From Candidatus Marinacidobacterales bacterium (GTDB lineage Bacteria; Acidobacteriota; Vicinamibacteria; Marinacidobacterales; SMYC01), in assembly GCA_965237955.1 (NCBI GenBank), contig OZ250169.1, positions 1,248,001 to 1,312,000 on the forward strand: 64,000 nucleotides of DNA, in the 5' to 3' direction. The translations under genes were made by a program, and so were the position numbers. Numbering within the stretch: position 1 is the stretch's first letter; every line of letters begins with the position of its first letter. The notes under the pieces were generated by a model that was given only the letters and a program-made list of their open reading frames with translations, had not been told where the DNA came from and made no database searches. Of the stretch, positions 52,026 to 63,089 are shown piece by piece.

Positions 52026-54179
52026 ATGGAAGACAAACAGATTCGAAGTCAGGTCCGAGAACGCTTGAAGCGTTTGGCCCGCCCCACGACGGAAAAAGAC
52101 CTCCTGAAGCAGCTTCGCTTGAAAGGTGGGGACCGCCAAGCGGCGAAGCGGGTCATCGAGGAGATGGTCGCAAAGGGCGAGCTCGTTCGAACCCATGCCG
52201 ACCGGATCGGGCTTCCGGAAAAGATGGACGCCGTTGCCGGGCGGCTCGAGGTGAAACGGGGCGGCTTCGGCTTCGTGGTACCGAACGAGCGCGGGCTTCA
52301 GGATGTCTACGTCGCGGGGCCGAACCTCGCCGACGCGCTGCACGGGGATCGCGTGCTCGTGCATATCGAGCGCACCGGAAGCGAAGGAAAACCCGAAGGA
52401 CGCATCGTTCGGGTGTTGGAGCGGCGCACGAAGGCCATCGTCGGTCGCCTCGAAGTCGATGCGGGTGGCACGCGCGTCGTCCCGTTCGACGCGCGCATGC
52501 TCTATGAAGTCTTTCTTCCCGCGAAAGACCTCCAAGGTGCGGTGCCCGGTGACATGGTGGTGGCGGAGTTCACTCGATTCCCGTCTCCTTATCGAGCTCC
52601 CATGGGCCGCATCGTGGAGGTGCTCGGGAGCGTCGACGAGCCTGGCGTCGACGTCGCGGTCATCGTGGCCAAGCACGGGATTCCCGATGAGTTTCCGGTC
52701 GACGTTCTCGACGAGGCGAACGCGATTGCGACCGAGGTGAGCCCCGACGCTCTCGAAGGCCGGGAGGATTTTCGCGATCGAGAGATCGTCACCATCGATG
52801 GGGAAACAGCGCGTGATTTCGACGACGCGGTCGAAGTCGAAGTGCTCGACAACAGTAACTACCGTCTCGGCGTTCACATCGCCGACGTTTCTCACTATGT
52901 GCAAGAGGGCACCGAGCTCGACGAGGAGGCGTTCATCCGAGGGACGTCCGTCTACTTTCCCGATCGCGTGGTGCCCATGCTTCCCGAGCGTCTTTCGAAC
53001 GGCATCTGCAGTCTCAACCCGGGGGTCGATCGCCTGGTACAGAGCGTGTTCGTCGAGGTCACTCCTTCGGGTGAGGTTGTGGCTAGCCGGTTCGCGGTTG
53101 GCGTCATCCGTTCCGCCGCTCGGATGACGTACACGAAAGTAAGGCAGATTTTGGTCGATCAGGACGCGACTCTCCGCCGCGAGTACGAGCATCTCATTCC
53201 TGGTTTCGAGCGCATGCTCGCGCTCTACAAGATCCTGCGTGCCCGGCGCGAGGCTCGGGGCTCGATTGACTTCGACCGCCCGGACGCAGAAATCGTTCTC
53301 GATGACTCGGGAGGCGTTTCTGATATTTGCGCCGAGGAGCGTAACGTTGCGCATCGCATCATCGAAGAGTTCATGCTGCTCGCTAACGAGACCGTCGCGC
53401 TCCACTTCTCGGAGCGTGAGGCACCATCGATTTACCGCATCCACGAGGAGCCAGATGAAGATCGTGTCGAACAGTTCGAAGACTTCATTCTCGGGTTCGG
53501 CCATCGCTTGCGCGCGGCGTCGGAGCCGCTTCACCCCAAAGCGTTCCAAAAGCTGCTTGCACGCATCGAAGGAAAGCCCGAGGAAAAGCTCATCTCGTTC
53601 GTGATGCTCCGCGCGATGAAACAAGCCGTGTACTCGGCGGAGAACTCCGGGCACTACGCGCTAGCGGCCGGTTTCTATACTCACTTCACATCGCCAATTC
53701 GGCGCTACCCCGACCTCATCGTGCATCGTCTGCTGCGAAAACTCCGCGATCACAACGAAATCGTCGTCGACGGGCTCGAAGATATTGCCGAGCATTGCTC
53801 GGTGACGGAGCGCCGCGCCGTCGACGCCGAACGCGAGCTCGTCGACTGGAAGAAAGTGCGCTTCATCGCGGACAAAGTCGGTGACGTCTTCGACGCCGTC
53901 GTCAGCGGTGTCACGGGCTTCGGGCTCTATGTGGAGCTACTCGACTATTTCGTCGAGGGCCTCGTGCACATGAGCACACTCGTCGACGACTACTACCACT
54001 ACAACGAGACCACGCACACGCTCTCAGGCGACGCGACCGGCCGGATGTTTCGCCTTGGCGATGAAGTTTCGGTCCAGCTCGTGCGTGTGAACCTGACGGA
54101 CCGGCAGTTGGATTTTTCGATTGAAGGCCTCGAGCCAAGACCAACCCGCGGCGGCCCACGCCGCACCCGCCACGCTTGA
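52026..54179 (+). CDS. rnr: Ribonuclease R
   Basis: CSDs, TIDGETARDFDDA, HIADVS, IEEFML, HFTSPIRRYPDL, S1 domain. Confidence 0.96.
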   Translation: MEDKQIRSQVRERLKRLARPTTEKDLLKQLRLKGGDRQAAKRVIEEMVAKGELVRTHADRIGLPEKMDAVAGRLEVKRGGFGFVVPNERGLQDVYVAGPNLADALHGDRVLVHIERTGSEGKPEGRIVRVLERRTKAIVGRLEVDAGGTRVVPFDARMLYEVFLPAKDLQGAVPGDMVVAEFTRFPSPYRAPMGRIVEVLGSVDEPGVDVAVIVAKHGIPDEFPVDVLDEANAIATEVSPDALEGREDFRDREIVTIDGETARDFDDAVEVEVLDNSNYRLGVHIADVSHYVQEGTELDEEAFIRGTSVYFPDRVVPMLPERLSNGICSLNPGVDRLVQSVFVEVTPSGEVVASRFAVGVIRSAARMTYTKVRQILVDQDATLRREYEHLIPGFERMLALYKILRARREARGSIDFDRPDAEIVLDDSGGVSDICAEERNVAHRIIEEFMLLANETVALHFSEREAPSIYRIHEEPDEDRVEQFEDFILGFGHRLRAASEPLHPKAFQKLLARIEGKPEEKLISFVMLRAMKQAVYSAENSGHYALAAGFYTHFTSPIRRYPDLIVHRLLRKLRDHNEIVVDGLEDIAEHCSVTERRAVDAERELVDWKKVRFIADKVGDVFDAVVSGVTGFGLYVELLDYFVEGLVHMSTLVDDYYHYNETTHTLSGDATGRMFRLGDEVSVQLVRVNLTDRQLDFSIEGLEPRPTRGGPRRTRHA

Positions 54180-54192
54180 GATCGTCGAGAAG

Positions 54193-55689
54193 CTAACTGG
54201 CAACGAGCTCGTAGCCTACCTTTTTCAGCAACTTTGCTTCGGCTTCTAGATCGGCGTGGGTCAGTGGGTGCTCGTCGAGCCAATCGGGTGGAAACGCGAT
54301 CGAGAGGCTCTTCTTCGTGCCCGCCACGGCGACCGGAGGCAGCGGGCGGGGGCTTCGGTGGCGGTTCAGGAGTACTGCGATACGGAGAAGGATCGCGAGT
54401 CTGAGTGCCGTCTCTTCCTCGATCAAGGTCAGATCTTGGAACGACGTCCGGGTGAGCTTCCGCCGGTGGGCGCCGATGAGCGCTGCCAAAAGCGTCTGAT
54501 CGTCTCGTGAGAATCCGGCGAGCTCGGAATTGGCGGCGATGTAGGCGCCGTGGCGGTGGTAACCGCTGTACGAGATGGTGATGCCGATTTCGTGAAGTCT
54601 CGATGCCCAGGTGAGCAGGTGCCGGAGATCGGGGTCTTCGAGGTTCCAAGCGTTTTTCAGCTGCTTCAATCCAGCGAGGGCGGTGCGCTCTACGCGATTC
54701 GCTTGCGTAGTGTCGATGCGGTATTGCTCCACCAGCCTGTGAATTGTTCGCTCGCGAGTATCTTCATGGCGGCTTCTGCCGATGAGGTCGTAAAGGACGC
54801 CTTCCCGGAGAGCACCGTTGGCGCGATCCATCGAATCCACTTCGAGACTCTCGAACACACTCTTCAAAATCGCGACGCCGCCAGGAAAGACCGGCGCCCG
54901 CTCAGGATTCAGGCCCGGGAGCGCGAGCTTGCTCGCTTTGCCGGCGTCGACGAGTGCTTTGGAAAGCTTCTTGATACCTTTGCGAGTGATGTTTTGGCCC
55001 CATCCGTTTTCCCGCATCACGGTAGACACGGACAAAATCGTCCCCGACGCACCGTAAGCACCCTCCCAGCCGTGGTTTTTGAACTGATCTTCGACAGTCT
55101 CTAGCTCGACGCGCGCGGCCGTCTCCGCGCGCTTCATGTTCTCGACCGAGATTTCGCCCTCCGGAAAGAATTGCTGTGTGAACGACACGCACCCCATGAA
55201 CAAACTGGCGACGCGTTTCGATTCGAAGCCCTCGCCAATGATGATCTCGGTGCTGCCTCCTCCGATATCCACGACGAGTCGACGTTCGTCTTCAAAAGGC
55301 AGGGAGTGCGACACCCCGAGGTAGATGAGACGGGCTTCCTCCTGTCCCGAAATGATCTCGCTGTGGTGGCCGAGCGCTTTCGATGCCTTCTCGAGCACGG
55401 CGCGCGGGTTTCGGACCTGGCGTAGCGTGTTCGTCCCCACGGCCCGCACTTGCTTCGCAGGGATGTCGCGGATGCGCTCGCCGAATTTCTCTAGTGCGGC
55501 GTACGCGCGCTCGAGTGCTTCGTCGCTCAGAGTTTTATCTTCGGTGAGGCCGCCGGCGAGGCGGACGCGCTCGCGCAACCGGTCCACATCGTGGATGTCG
55601 TCGTGGACCGCGCGAGCGATCTTCATGTGGAAACTGTTGGAGCCGAGATCGACGGCAGCGAACGTGTCGGCAAGATTGCTGTCGCTCAT
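54193..55689 (-). CDS. ppx: Exopolyphosphatase (Ppx/GppA) with HD domain
   Basis: AVDLGSNSFH, SGQEEARL, DIGGGSTE, ALREG, LHEIG. Confidence 0.93.
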   Translation of the reverse strand: MSDSNLADTFAAVDLGSNSFHMKIARAVHDDIHDVDRLRERVRLAGGLTEDKTLSDEALERAYAALEKFGERIRDIPAKQVRAVGTNTLRQVRNPRAVLEKASKALGHHSEIISGQEEARLIYLGVSHSLPFEDERRLVVDIGGGSTEIIIGEGFESKRVASLFMGCVSFTQQFFPEGEISVENMKRAETAARVELETVEDQFKNHGWEGAYGASGTILSVSTVMRENGWGQNITRKGIKKLSKALVDAGKASKLALPGLNPERAPVFPGGVAILKSVFESLEVDSMDRANGALREGVLYDLIGRSRHEDTRERTIHRLVEQYRIDTTQANRVERTALAGLKQLKNAWNLEDPDLRHLLTWASRLHEIGITISYSGYHRHGAYIAANSELAGFSRDDQTLLAALIGAHRRKLTRTSFQDLTLIEEETALRLAILLRIAVLLNRHRSPRPLPPVAVAGTKKSLSIAFPPDWLDEHPLTHADLEAEAKLLKKVGYELVAS

Positions 55690-55705
55690 GTCGTATGATG
55701 CTGGT

Positions 55706-56452
55706 ATGGCCACCTACGTCATCGGGGACGTGCAAGGATGTTTTATCACGCTCGAGCGACTTCTGATGCGCATCGATTTCGACCCGTCACACGATCGCCT
55801 CTGGTTCGTTGGCGATATCGTGAACCGCGGGCCGAACTCGCTCGACGTTCTTCGTTTCATCCGCGAGCTCGGCGATCGCGCCGTCGTCGTGCTCGGGAAC
55901 CATGATTTGCATCTGATCGCGCGAAGCCGCGGCACTCGCGAACGAAAGCCGCGAGACACTTTCGATGACGTTCTCGAGGCGCCCGATCGGGACGCGCTCA
56001 TCGAATGGCTCCTGAGTCAGCCGCTTCTTCACCGTGAAGGCGATCACGTCATGGTCCACGCCGGTCTACTCCCGCAATGGAGCCTCGAGGAAGCGGAAGC
56101 CTTGGCCCGGAAAGCCGAAAAGAAACTGCGAGACGACCGACTCGGTAAATCGTTACGGACCGCTGTCGACGCCTTCACACGACTGCGTACCTGTACTGAG
56201 TCGGGTGAGATGTGCTTGGATTTCGCCGGTCCTCCGGAGCAAGCCCCGGCGGGATGTCGCCCATGGTTCGAGCTCGCGGAAATTCCAGGCGCCACCACGA
56301 TTTTTTTCGGCCACTGGGCGAGCCTCGGTCTGCACTTGGGCACGAACGCGATCGGTTTGGATACCGGTTGCGTGTGGGGAGGTGCCTTGACCGCGCTGCG
56401 GCTCGAAGATCGAAAGCTCGTCCACGAGCCGAGCGAGCTCTCTAGTGCTTAG
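55706..56452 (+). CDS. apaH: Symmetrical bis(5'-nucleosyl)-tetraphosphatase
   Basis: YVIGDVQGC, GDIVNRGP, LGNHDLHL, FGHWA, LDTGCVWG. Confidence 0.95.
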   Translation: MATYVIGDVQGCFITLERLLMRIDFDPSHDRLWFVGDIVNRGPNSLDVLRFIRELGDRAVVVLGNHDLHLIARSRGTRERKPRDTFDDVLEAPDRDALIEWLLSQPLLHREGDHVMVHAGLLPQWSLEEAEALARKAEKKLRDDRLGKSLRTAVDAFTRLRTCTESGEMCLDFAGPPEQAPAGCRPWFELAEIPGATTIFFGHWASLGLHLGTNAIGLDTGCVWGGALTALRLEDRKLVHEPSELSSA

Positions 56453-56458
56453 CCCTGG

Positions 56459-56591
56459 CTAGTCCCCTGGATCTTTGATTACTATACAAAGTTAGGCTTT
56501 TCGCCAGCCCATAAGATTCATAAGATTCATGCACTTAGAAGGGTTTCGGCAAGCTCTGCTTTATCTAGTTTGTTCTGATACAGGGGACTAG
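56459..56591. mobile_element. IS630-derived MITE, copy 2
   Basis: Near-identical to 20551-20683; CTAG at both ends. Confidence 0.92.
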
Positions 56592-57992
56592 GGCTTCGGG
56601 CTCGTACTTCTTGACGCCAGTGACTTCCCGCAATAGCTCGCGCTGGATCGGCTCGGGAATGGGCGCATCGGCGCTTCCCTCGACGACCGCGAGGACGATC
56701 TTGTGCTCGGGAATGCTGATGACGCTCCACGAGCGCGAGCCGTCTCTAAACTCGTAGCGGCGGCATTCGAGGCGGCGGCCTTCGGTGAGGGACCAGAATG
56801 CGTCGAACCCGCGGCGCGTCAGTTGCTCCTCTTCGGGCACATGTCCGTTCCGCTCGACGAGACGCGCGTAGCGAACGCTTCGGCCTTCACGGGTCGCCCG
56901 CACTCGCTCCCGAATGTCCTTTCCGGGAAGCCAACCTTCGCGCACGAGCCGGCTCTTGTGCTTGCGGATCTCCGGCGGCACTTGCGCGAGAAGGAAGCGG
57001 CGCTTCGGAAGCTCGCCCCCGGGCCAAAGGAGTAGCTGCTCGACGAAACGCTCTACCAGAGCAAAATAGGCATGAGCGGCGTTACCGGTCCAAGCCACCG
57101 CGAGGTCGGTGAACGCACGGTCGCGGCGCGTGCGCTGCGCTTTCAAAAGCGCGAGAAGTCCGGGATTCTGCGGCGGGTAGGCTTCAGGGAGCTCTCTCTC
57201 GGCGAGTGCGAGATCGCGAAGTTTCCGGGCTTCGTCGAGAGCTGAGTTTTCGAGCGTGCTCGAGATTTCTTCGGTCATGACGCGCGTGTCCTGCAGATCG
57301 CCGAGGCAATCCTGTAACGACTTCATCCGTTTGATGAGCGGACGAGCGTCGTCGAGCTCGTTTTGAAGAGGCTCGAGGATGTAGCGCAGTCGTTTCGCTT
57401 CGATACGGGCTCGATGGAGAAGATCCGCATCTTCGGCAGAACGCGCGGCGGTGAGGCTCGCCTTCAGGGCATCGGCGTGCTCTTGGATGAGCCTCCCGGT
57501 AGCGCGGACGAAATCCGACGAGCTGTGCTCGTCGACAAGGCACAGGCGAGAAAGCGCCTTCGTCAAATCTCTACGAAGCGGACGGAACGCGCGCCGGAGC
57601 GTCTCCGGAGTCGGCGTCGTCGCTTGCCGCGCACCGAGAACGGCGATGAGGTAGTTCGCTCCACTCACGCCCGGCTCACCGAGCTTGTCCCCCTCCTTCG
57701 TGAGCCACTCGATTTGGACTTCGGCGTCACGAGCTACGTTCGTGGATCCCGCGAGCGTTTTGACGCGAGCCTGAAGCCGCTTCGAGGCCGACCCGCGAAG
57801 ATGTCGCCGGTAGGCGCGCATGAGGCTTCTGAGTCGGCGGAGCGATACCCGGAAGTCGTGCAGGGCCTCGGTGTCGTTCGGGTCGTCCATGCGCTCGAGC
57901 GCGGAGGAGGTCTCGTCCACGAGAGCCAAGCACAAACGTCTCGCCGTCTCCTGGGGAGATCGCTCGAGCAAGTGCCGCGGAAGCTTCGCCAT
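56565..57992 (-). CDS. CHAD domain protein with C-terminal CYTH-like domain
   Basis: LHDFRVSLRRLRS, LHRARIEAKRLRY, LQDCLGDLQD; C-terminal RRFLL...RERVR...REVTG. Confidence 0.85.
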   Translation of the reverse strand: MAKLPRHLLERSPQETARRLCLALVDETSSALERMDDPNDTEALHDFRVSLRRLRSLMRAYRRHLRGSASKRLQARVKTLAGSTNVARDAEVQIEWLTKEGDKLGEPGVSGANYLIAVLGARQATTPTPETLRRAFRPLRRDLTKALSRLCLVDEHSSSDFVRATGRLIQEHADALKASLTAARSAEDADLLHRARIEAKRLRYILEPLQNELDDARPLIKRMKSLQDCLGDLQDTRVMTEEISSTLENSALDEARKLRDLALAERELPEAYPPQNPGLLALLKAQRTRRDRAFTDLAVAWTGNAAHAYFALVERFVEQLLLWPGGELPKRRFLLAQVPPEIRKHKSRLVREGWLPGKDIRERVRATREGRSVRYARLVERNGHVPEEEQLTRRGFDAFWSLTEGRRLECRRYEFRDGSRSWSVISIPEHKIVLAVVEGSADAPIPEPIQRELLREVTGVKKYEPEALVPCIRTN

Positions 57993-58058
57993 TGTGCTAG
58001 CATGATTGTAATCCACAACAACCGGAAACATTGACCATTGACTCGGGAGGGCTCTCTC

Positions 58059-58598
58059 ATGGTAGGGCGTGTTTCGCGCGGAGCGTGCTTCGTTTTGGGT
58101 CTGATATTGTTTGCGTGCGGCGGCGGCGATTCGGACAAGGCTGCACCAGCGCGAGCGGCGGCGAGCGCGTCCGCCGGGAGTTCGAGACCGAGCGGAAACG
58201 GCGCCTGCGGTCTCATGTTGCAGTCTGAGGTGGATGAGCTCTTCGGGACCGGTGTCGGCGCCGGTGTCGACGAAACCCTCGAGGGAGATGTTTCGATCTG
58301 CTCGTGGCCGTCGGGTGACGAGCCGAGCCTGTTGCTTCAGGTCTCGCCGGGAAGCTCTGATATTCGGGTCGCCGTCGATCTCGGCGATGGCTATCGTGTC
58401 GTCGAGATCGCCGGGATGAGCGGGCCCGCTGCCGCCGCAATCGAAGAGGCGGACGGACCCGAGACCGTCGTCGTCTTCGCGCTTGCCGCCGGTGACACGA
58501 CGGTCACAGTGAGCCCTTTCGGACTCGAAATCGCGGCGGACTCACCCCAGTTCGATACCCTAAAAATGCTGATGGACCGTATCGCCGCGAGGTTGTAA
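58059..58598 (+). CDS. Putative lipoprotein
   Basis: GGAGG SD; lipobox LFAC; ACGL...CSW cysteine pair. Confidence 0.7.
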   Translation: MVGRVSRGACFVLGLILFACGGGDSDKAAPARAAASASAGSSRPSGNGACGLMLQSEVDELFGTGVGAGVDETLEGDVSICSWPSGDEPSLLLQVSPGSSDIRVAVDLGDGYRVVEIAGMSGPAAAAIEEADGPETVVVFALAAGDTTVTVSPFGLEIAADSPQFDTLKMLMDRIAARL

Positions 58599-58643
58599 CG
58601 AATCCCTCTCCGACCACACTTGTTCCGTGAGCACGTTGAAAGG

Positions 58644-59496
58644 CTACGGCGATATCGCTCGGCGTTTCGCTCGGCGCTCCTTCATGTCGAACGAGTCTCC
58701 GGGGCGCAGAAAATAGAACCGTCCTTCGCCGGCTACCGTTTTGTTGTAGTCGTAGATCGCCACCACGCTCTGTCCGATGACTTCGAATTCGTTCCCGTGG
58801 ACGACGATGGCGGTGTCCTCCGCGATCCCGATACCCAGCAGATGTGGATACTTTTCGATCAACGGGATCAAATCGAAGTGACGGTTGCGTGCCAGCAAGT
58901 GCTGGTCGATCGCGACGTTCTCGAGGAAATTGAAGCCTTCTTCGTGATCCCCCATCATGATCGCGTTCGTCTCGGTGTCGCCCCGCACCAGGTACGAGCC
59001 TTGGATGCTGGCACCCGCTGAGGACCCGCCGATGACGCCGCCACGCTCCAAGACCTTGTGCAACTCCTGCTCGGTCCGCGTGTCGAGGTAGGTCTCCGCC
59101 AACCGCCACTGCCGGCCGCCTGGAAACCAGACGCCTCTCGTTTTCCGGATGGGCTCGATGAAAGCCTCGCTGTCGGCCTCGACCCGGTCCCGCGTGTGTA
59201 CGACGGTGATGGATTCGGTCCCGAGCTCCCGCCAACGCCGGGTGCCGGGATAGTCCCCGTCGTAGTAGTCGGCTGCTCCCGCGCTCGGGATGATGACAAT
59301 GGGCGCCTCCGGCCCCCCGGCGAGCTCGATGAAGCGCGCCATGATGGCGGTGTCCTTCATCGCCCCCCCCGACGATGACGAGCGATCCACGAGCGGGACC
59401 GACGTCTTGGGCCCCGTCTTGAGCCCCTTCTTGAGCGATGACGAGTGCATGGCTGAGGACGAGCGGAGTGACCGCTCGGAATAAGTTCTTCCACAT
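58644..59496 (-). CDS. Secreted cyanophycinase-like peptidase S51; frameshift in a G8 run (pseudogene or sequencing error)
   Basis: GSLVIVGG (frame 1) then WFPGGRQ, GGSSAGA, IDQH..RNR (frame 2); shift at 59363-59370. Confidence 0.8.
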
Positions 59497-59604
59497 GATG
59501 ACGTTATCCCCTTATCCACGTATTAAGTAGTATCAAAGCCGTTGGGGTACTAACGATCTAACACAGCTACGGGGACCGGTGCGAACTGCTATCATCCCCA
59601 CGAA

Positions 59605-61509
59605 GTGGACAAGGCCAGCCACGTTGTCATCGGTACCGCCGGGCACATCGACCACGGCAAGAGTGCCCTCGTGCGTGCTCTAACCGGAACCGACCCGGAC
59701 CGCCTCAAAGAAGAGAAAGAGCGCGGCATCACCATCGACCTTGGCTTCGCGTTCCTCGCCAGTGAGAACAACATATCGCTTGCGTTAATAGACGTTCCGG
59801 GTCACGAAAAATTCGTGAAGAACATGCTCGCCGGCGTGGGGGGGATCGATCTCGTCATGCTCGTTGTTGCCGCGGACGAGTCCGTCATGCCGCAAACACG
59901 CGAGCATTTCGAAATCTGCCGGCTACTCGAGATCCCACGGGGCATCATCGTCCTTACTAAGTGCGACCTCGTCGACTCGGATCTGCGCGAGCTCGCGGTG
60001 CTCGAAACGCGCGAGCTTGTCGCCGGGAGCTTTCTCGACGACGCTCCCGTTGTCGAGGTGTCGTCGACGAGCGGTGAGGGCATCGACGCGCTGAAACAAA
60101 CATTATTCGAGCAAGCCGAAGCGGTACCCGTACGGAAGGCTAGTGGCCTTTTCCGTCTGCCTGTGGATCGCGTGTTCTCGATGAAAGGGTTTGGCACTGT
60201 CGTCACCGGAACTCTTGTAGCCGGTGCCGTGCGCCAAGACGACGAAGTCGAGATCCTTCCGCGAGGATCGAAAGCGCGTGTTCGCGGGCTTCAAGTGCAC
60301 GGGGAGAAACGAGAGCTCGCATCCGCCGGTCAGAGAACGGCAGTGAATCTGCAAGGCATCGACACGGACGACGTTGCTCGTGGCGATATGCTGACGATCC
60401 CGGGTACTTTCGTTCCCACGATGATGCTCGATGCCGAGCTCGACGTTCTCGAGTCGTCGCCCGTCCCCGTCAAGGATCTCACGCGCGTTCACTTGCATGT
60501 CGGCACCGCGCAGGTTCTCGCCCGCGTCCGCACTCTCGGAGGCAGAAAGGCGTTGGCGCCCGGGGATAAAGGGATCGTGCAGCTTCGATTGGAGAGTCCC
60601 GTCGTTGCCGCGCGCGGCGATCGCTTCATCCTGCGCCGCTACTCTCCGCTCGAGACGATTGCCGGTGGTCTGGTGCTGGACGCTCGTCCCGAAAAACACG
60701 CGGTCACGAGCGCCGCCGCCATCGCCCGCGTCGAAGCGCTTCTCGCCGGCGACAACCTCACCGCCGCGGTCCAATTCGTCGCGGAAGCGGGCGTGGCCGG
60801 CCTCACCGAGGGAGACCTTGCGCGGCGTCTCGGCCTCGACGCGGAAGAGATGACCGACGTGTCACGGGCGGCATCGCTCGTAGCGGTTTCGGAGAAACCG
60901 CGCATCTACATTGGGCCTGATGTGGTCGACTCGCTCGCGAACCGTCTGAACGACGAGCTCGCGCGCTTTCAAAAGAAGAACCCTCTCCTCGACGGCATGC
61001 CCAAAAGCGAGCTGCGGGAGAAAACCGCGGCGCGCGCGCCGCAGGAAGTCTTCGAGTGGGTTCTCACCAAGCTCGTCACCGAGGGCGGGCTCCGGAGCGT
61101 GCACGACTTGGTGGCCACGGCGGATCACAGAATTCAGATGAGCCCGGAAGAAGCGCAGGCGCGGGACTTTCTCGTCGCGGAATACCGCGAGTCGGGCTGC
61201 CGACCGAAAAACCTCAGCGAGGCGGCGACGAACGGTAAGCAGGACCTGCGCCTGCTCGAGCGCGTGCAGCGCGTGCTCTTGAAAGACGGCACCTTGGTTC
61301 AGATCGCCGACGGCATGGTGTTCCACCGCGACGTCCTCGAGGAGCTCAAAGAAACCATCCGCGGTTACAAGACGAAGCGCGACAGCATCGACGTCGGCTT
61401 TTTCAAAGAAATGGCGGGCGTTACCCGCAAGCACGCCATCCCGCTCCTCGAATGGCTCGACCGCGAGCGCGTCACCCAAAGATCTGGGAACGCCAGAAGG
61501 ATCCTGTGA
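59605..61509 (+). CDS. selB: Selenocysteine-specific elongation factor
   Basis: [28 protein letters not shown]; C-terminal w[16 protein letters not shown]. Confidence 0.96.
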   Translation: MDKASHVVIGTAGHIDHGKSALVRALTGTDPDRLKEEKERGITIDLGFAFLASENNISLALIDVPGHEKFVKNMLAGVGGIDLVMLVVAADESVMPQTREHFEICRLLEIPRGIIVLTKCDLVDSDLRELAVLETRELVAGSFLDDAPVVEVSSTSGEGIDALKQTLFEQAEAVPVRKASGLFRLPVDRVFSMKGFGTVVTGTLVAGAVRQDDEVEILPRGSKARVRGLQVHGEKRELASAGQRTAVNLQGIDTDDVARGDMLTIPGTFVPTMMLDAELDVLESSPVPVKDLTRVHLHVGTAQVLARVRTLGGRKALAPGDKGIVQLRLESPVVAARGDRFILRRYSPLETIAGGLVLDARPEKHAVTSAAAIARVEALLAGDNLTAAVQFVAEAGVAGLTEGDLARRLGLDAEEMTDVSRAASLVAVSEKPRIYIGPDVVDSLANRLNDELARFQKKNPLLDGMPKSELREKTAARAPQEVFEWVLTKLVTEGGLRSVHDLVATADHRIQMSPEEAQARDFLVAEYRESGCRPKNLSEAATNGKQDLRLLERVQRVLLKDGTLVQIADGMVFHRDVLEELKETIRGYKTKRDSIDVGFFKEMAGVTRKHAIPLLEWLDRERVTQRSGNARRIL

Positions 61510-61512
61510 TTT

Positions 61513-61707
61513 AGCTCCCAGTCACCAGCTCCCAGCTATTGCCTTTTTTCGATGTGGCGAACGTCTCGTTCCAGTCGTTGGTTATCCTGTCAGTCAGGAG
61601 GTCCCAGCTGCTGTCAGCTTCCCCCGTCGTTGTCATCGGCTGGTAGCTAAGGCAGCTGGAAGCTGGCGACTGGAAGTTTGCCACGCCTGATGCTGGTGAC
61701 TAGAAGC
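61513..61707. repeat. Degenerate 7-nt tandem repeats arranged as inverted blocks
   Basis: agctccc/agtcacc/agctccc/agct units face agctgga/agctggc/gactgga and gctggtgactagaagc units. Confidence 0.55.
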
Positions 61708-61783
61708 CATCAGCGTGCTACGATCTAAGTAACACTTCCCCAAAAACTGAATATCTACACACTCACCGAACAAGGAGGAGCTC

Positions 61784-62383
61784 ATGCAGCTCGGGTGCAT
61801 CGCTGCGATCGGCGCGCTCTATCTGATGTGGATGGGCGGCCAAGGCCTGTACACGTCCGTCAAGAACCGTGCGCCCATGGAGTTGGCCTGCGAGCATTAC
61901 GATGACGTCAAGCCCAATAAAGAGTGGCTCCGACTCACCGGATGCGAGCTGAACCTCATGGAAAGCTCGTACATGGAGTAAAACGGCAAAGCCGTCGAGC
62001 TGTTCATCCCCGCGCGTGGCCCCGGTGAAGACGAAGGGGACCCGATTTACGTGCTGGTAGCGACGGATGACAAGGAGCTTCTCGCGCTCACGAACGAGAT
62101 GATGAATTTCGAGACCGAGCGGGAGCTCATGAGCTACTTCGCGAGGAATCGTTCCAAGCTCCACTTGAAGCGCGACGTGTAGGGGTTGGTCCGCTACGGT
62201 GTCGATCTCGACGACAGTGACCGCGCCGAGCTCGCCGGGCTCGATGCCGCGCTGGCTTCCGATTTCGTCATCGTCGATGACGGCAAAGATCCCGGCTTCG
62301 CGAAGTCACTCGGGTTTCTCGGCGGGGGCATCGTGTTGCTTTTGGGCGTCGGCGCGGTTGCAGCCGGCAATGAGGATGGCTGA
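61784..62383 (+). pseudogene. Membrane protein gene with two in-frame stops
   Basis: AGGAGG SD; one continuous frame interrupted by TAA (61979) and TAG (62180); TM segments at both ends. Confidence 0.75.
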
Positions 62384-62494
62384 CGGCTGACTGGCGGCCG
62401 TTTGCCTTTCCTTGCCGACTTAGAATAGTTTGGGGTATCCACCGCGTGAGGCCTGGCCACTACCTCCGCCCGCGACGGCTGGTCGTGGAACGAG

Positions 62495-63043
62495 ATGAGC
62501 AAGGCATTCACCAAAGAGTCTGACGAAGGTCCTTTCGACGAGGTCATCCCCGAGCCGAAAGACCTTCTCCCGCCGGGCGCGAAGAACTATGTCACGCCCG
62601 AAGGTGCGGATGCGCTTCGCGCCGAGCTGAAGCGACTCAAGGAAGTGGTGCGCCCGCAAGTGGTTGGGGCCAAGGGCGGCGGCAAAAAGGCCTCATCCGT
62701 GGTGGAGGGCAAAAGCCTCTCCCCTAAGACCCGCCTCGCCGCCATCGATCGGCGCATCCAGTTCTTCCGTGACCGCGTCGCCAACATGGCCGTCGTCGAT
62801 CCCAAATCCCAGGACCAAGACAGCGTGCACTTCGGCGCCACCGTCACCGTGGCCGACGCCGAAGGCAACGAGAGAATCTACAAAATCGTGGGCGTCGACG
62901 AGAGCGAGCCCTCGAAAGGTCGCGTCAGTTTCATCTCCCCGATAGGCAAAGCGCTGATCTCCGCCCGCGAAGGTGACGCCGTTCGCATCGAGCTTCCGGA
63001 CGGAACGATCGAGCTAGAAGTTCTAGAAATCGAATACGTCTAA
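62495..63043 (+). CDS. GreA/GreB family transcription elongation factor
   Basis: NYVTPEG..ALRAEL, VHFGATVT, IVGVDE, SFISPIGKAL. Confidence 0.9.
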   Translation: MSKAFTKESDEGPFDEVIPEPKDLLPPGAKNYVTPEGADALRAELKRLKEVVRPQVVGAKGGGKKASSVVEGKSLSPKTRLAAIDRRIQFFRDRVANMAVVDPKSQDQDSVHFGATVTVADAEGNERIYKIVGVDESEPSKGRVSFISPIGKALISAREGDAVRIELPDGTIELEVLEIEYV

Positions 63044-63089
63044 AGTCGTTGCTCGTGTCGGATAGCGGATGGCGTCCACAATCGAATGA

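Noticed and set aside
51870-53654. 594-aa antisense ORF and similar long shadow ORFs across the window
   Set aside because: They lie opposite well-recognised genes (here rnr) and are expected from high-GC codon bias.
61784-62383. Selenoprotein or stop-codon recoding next to selB
   Set aside because: The in-frame stops are TAA and TAG, not TGA, and intact genes in the window end normally in TAA and TAG; simple pseudogenisation fits better.
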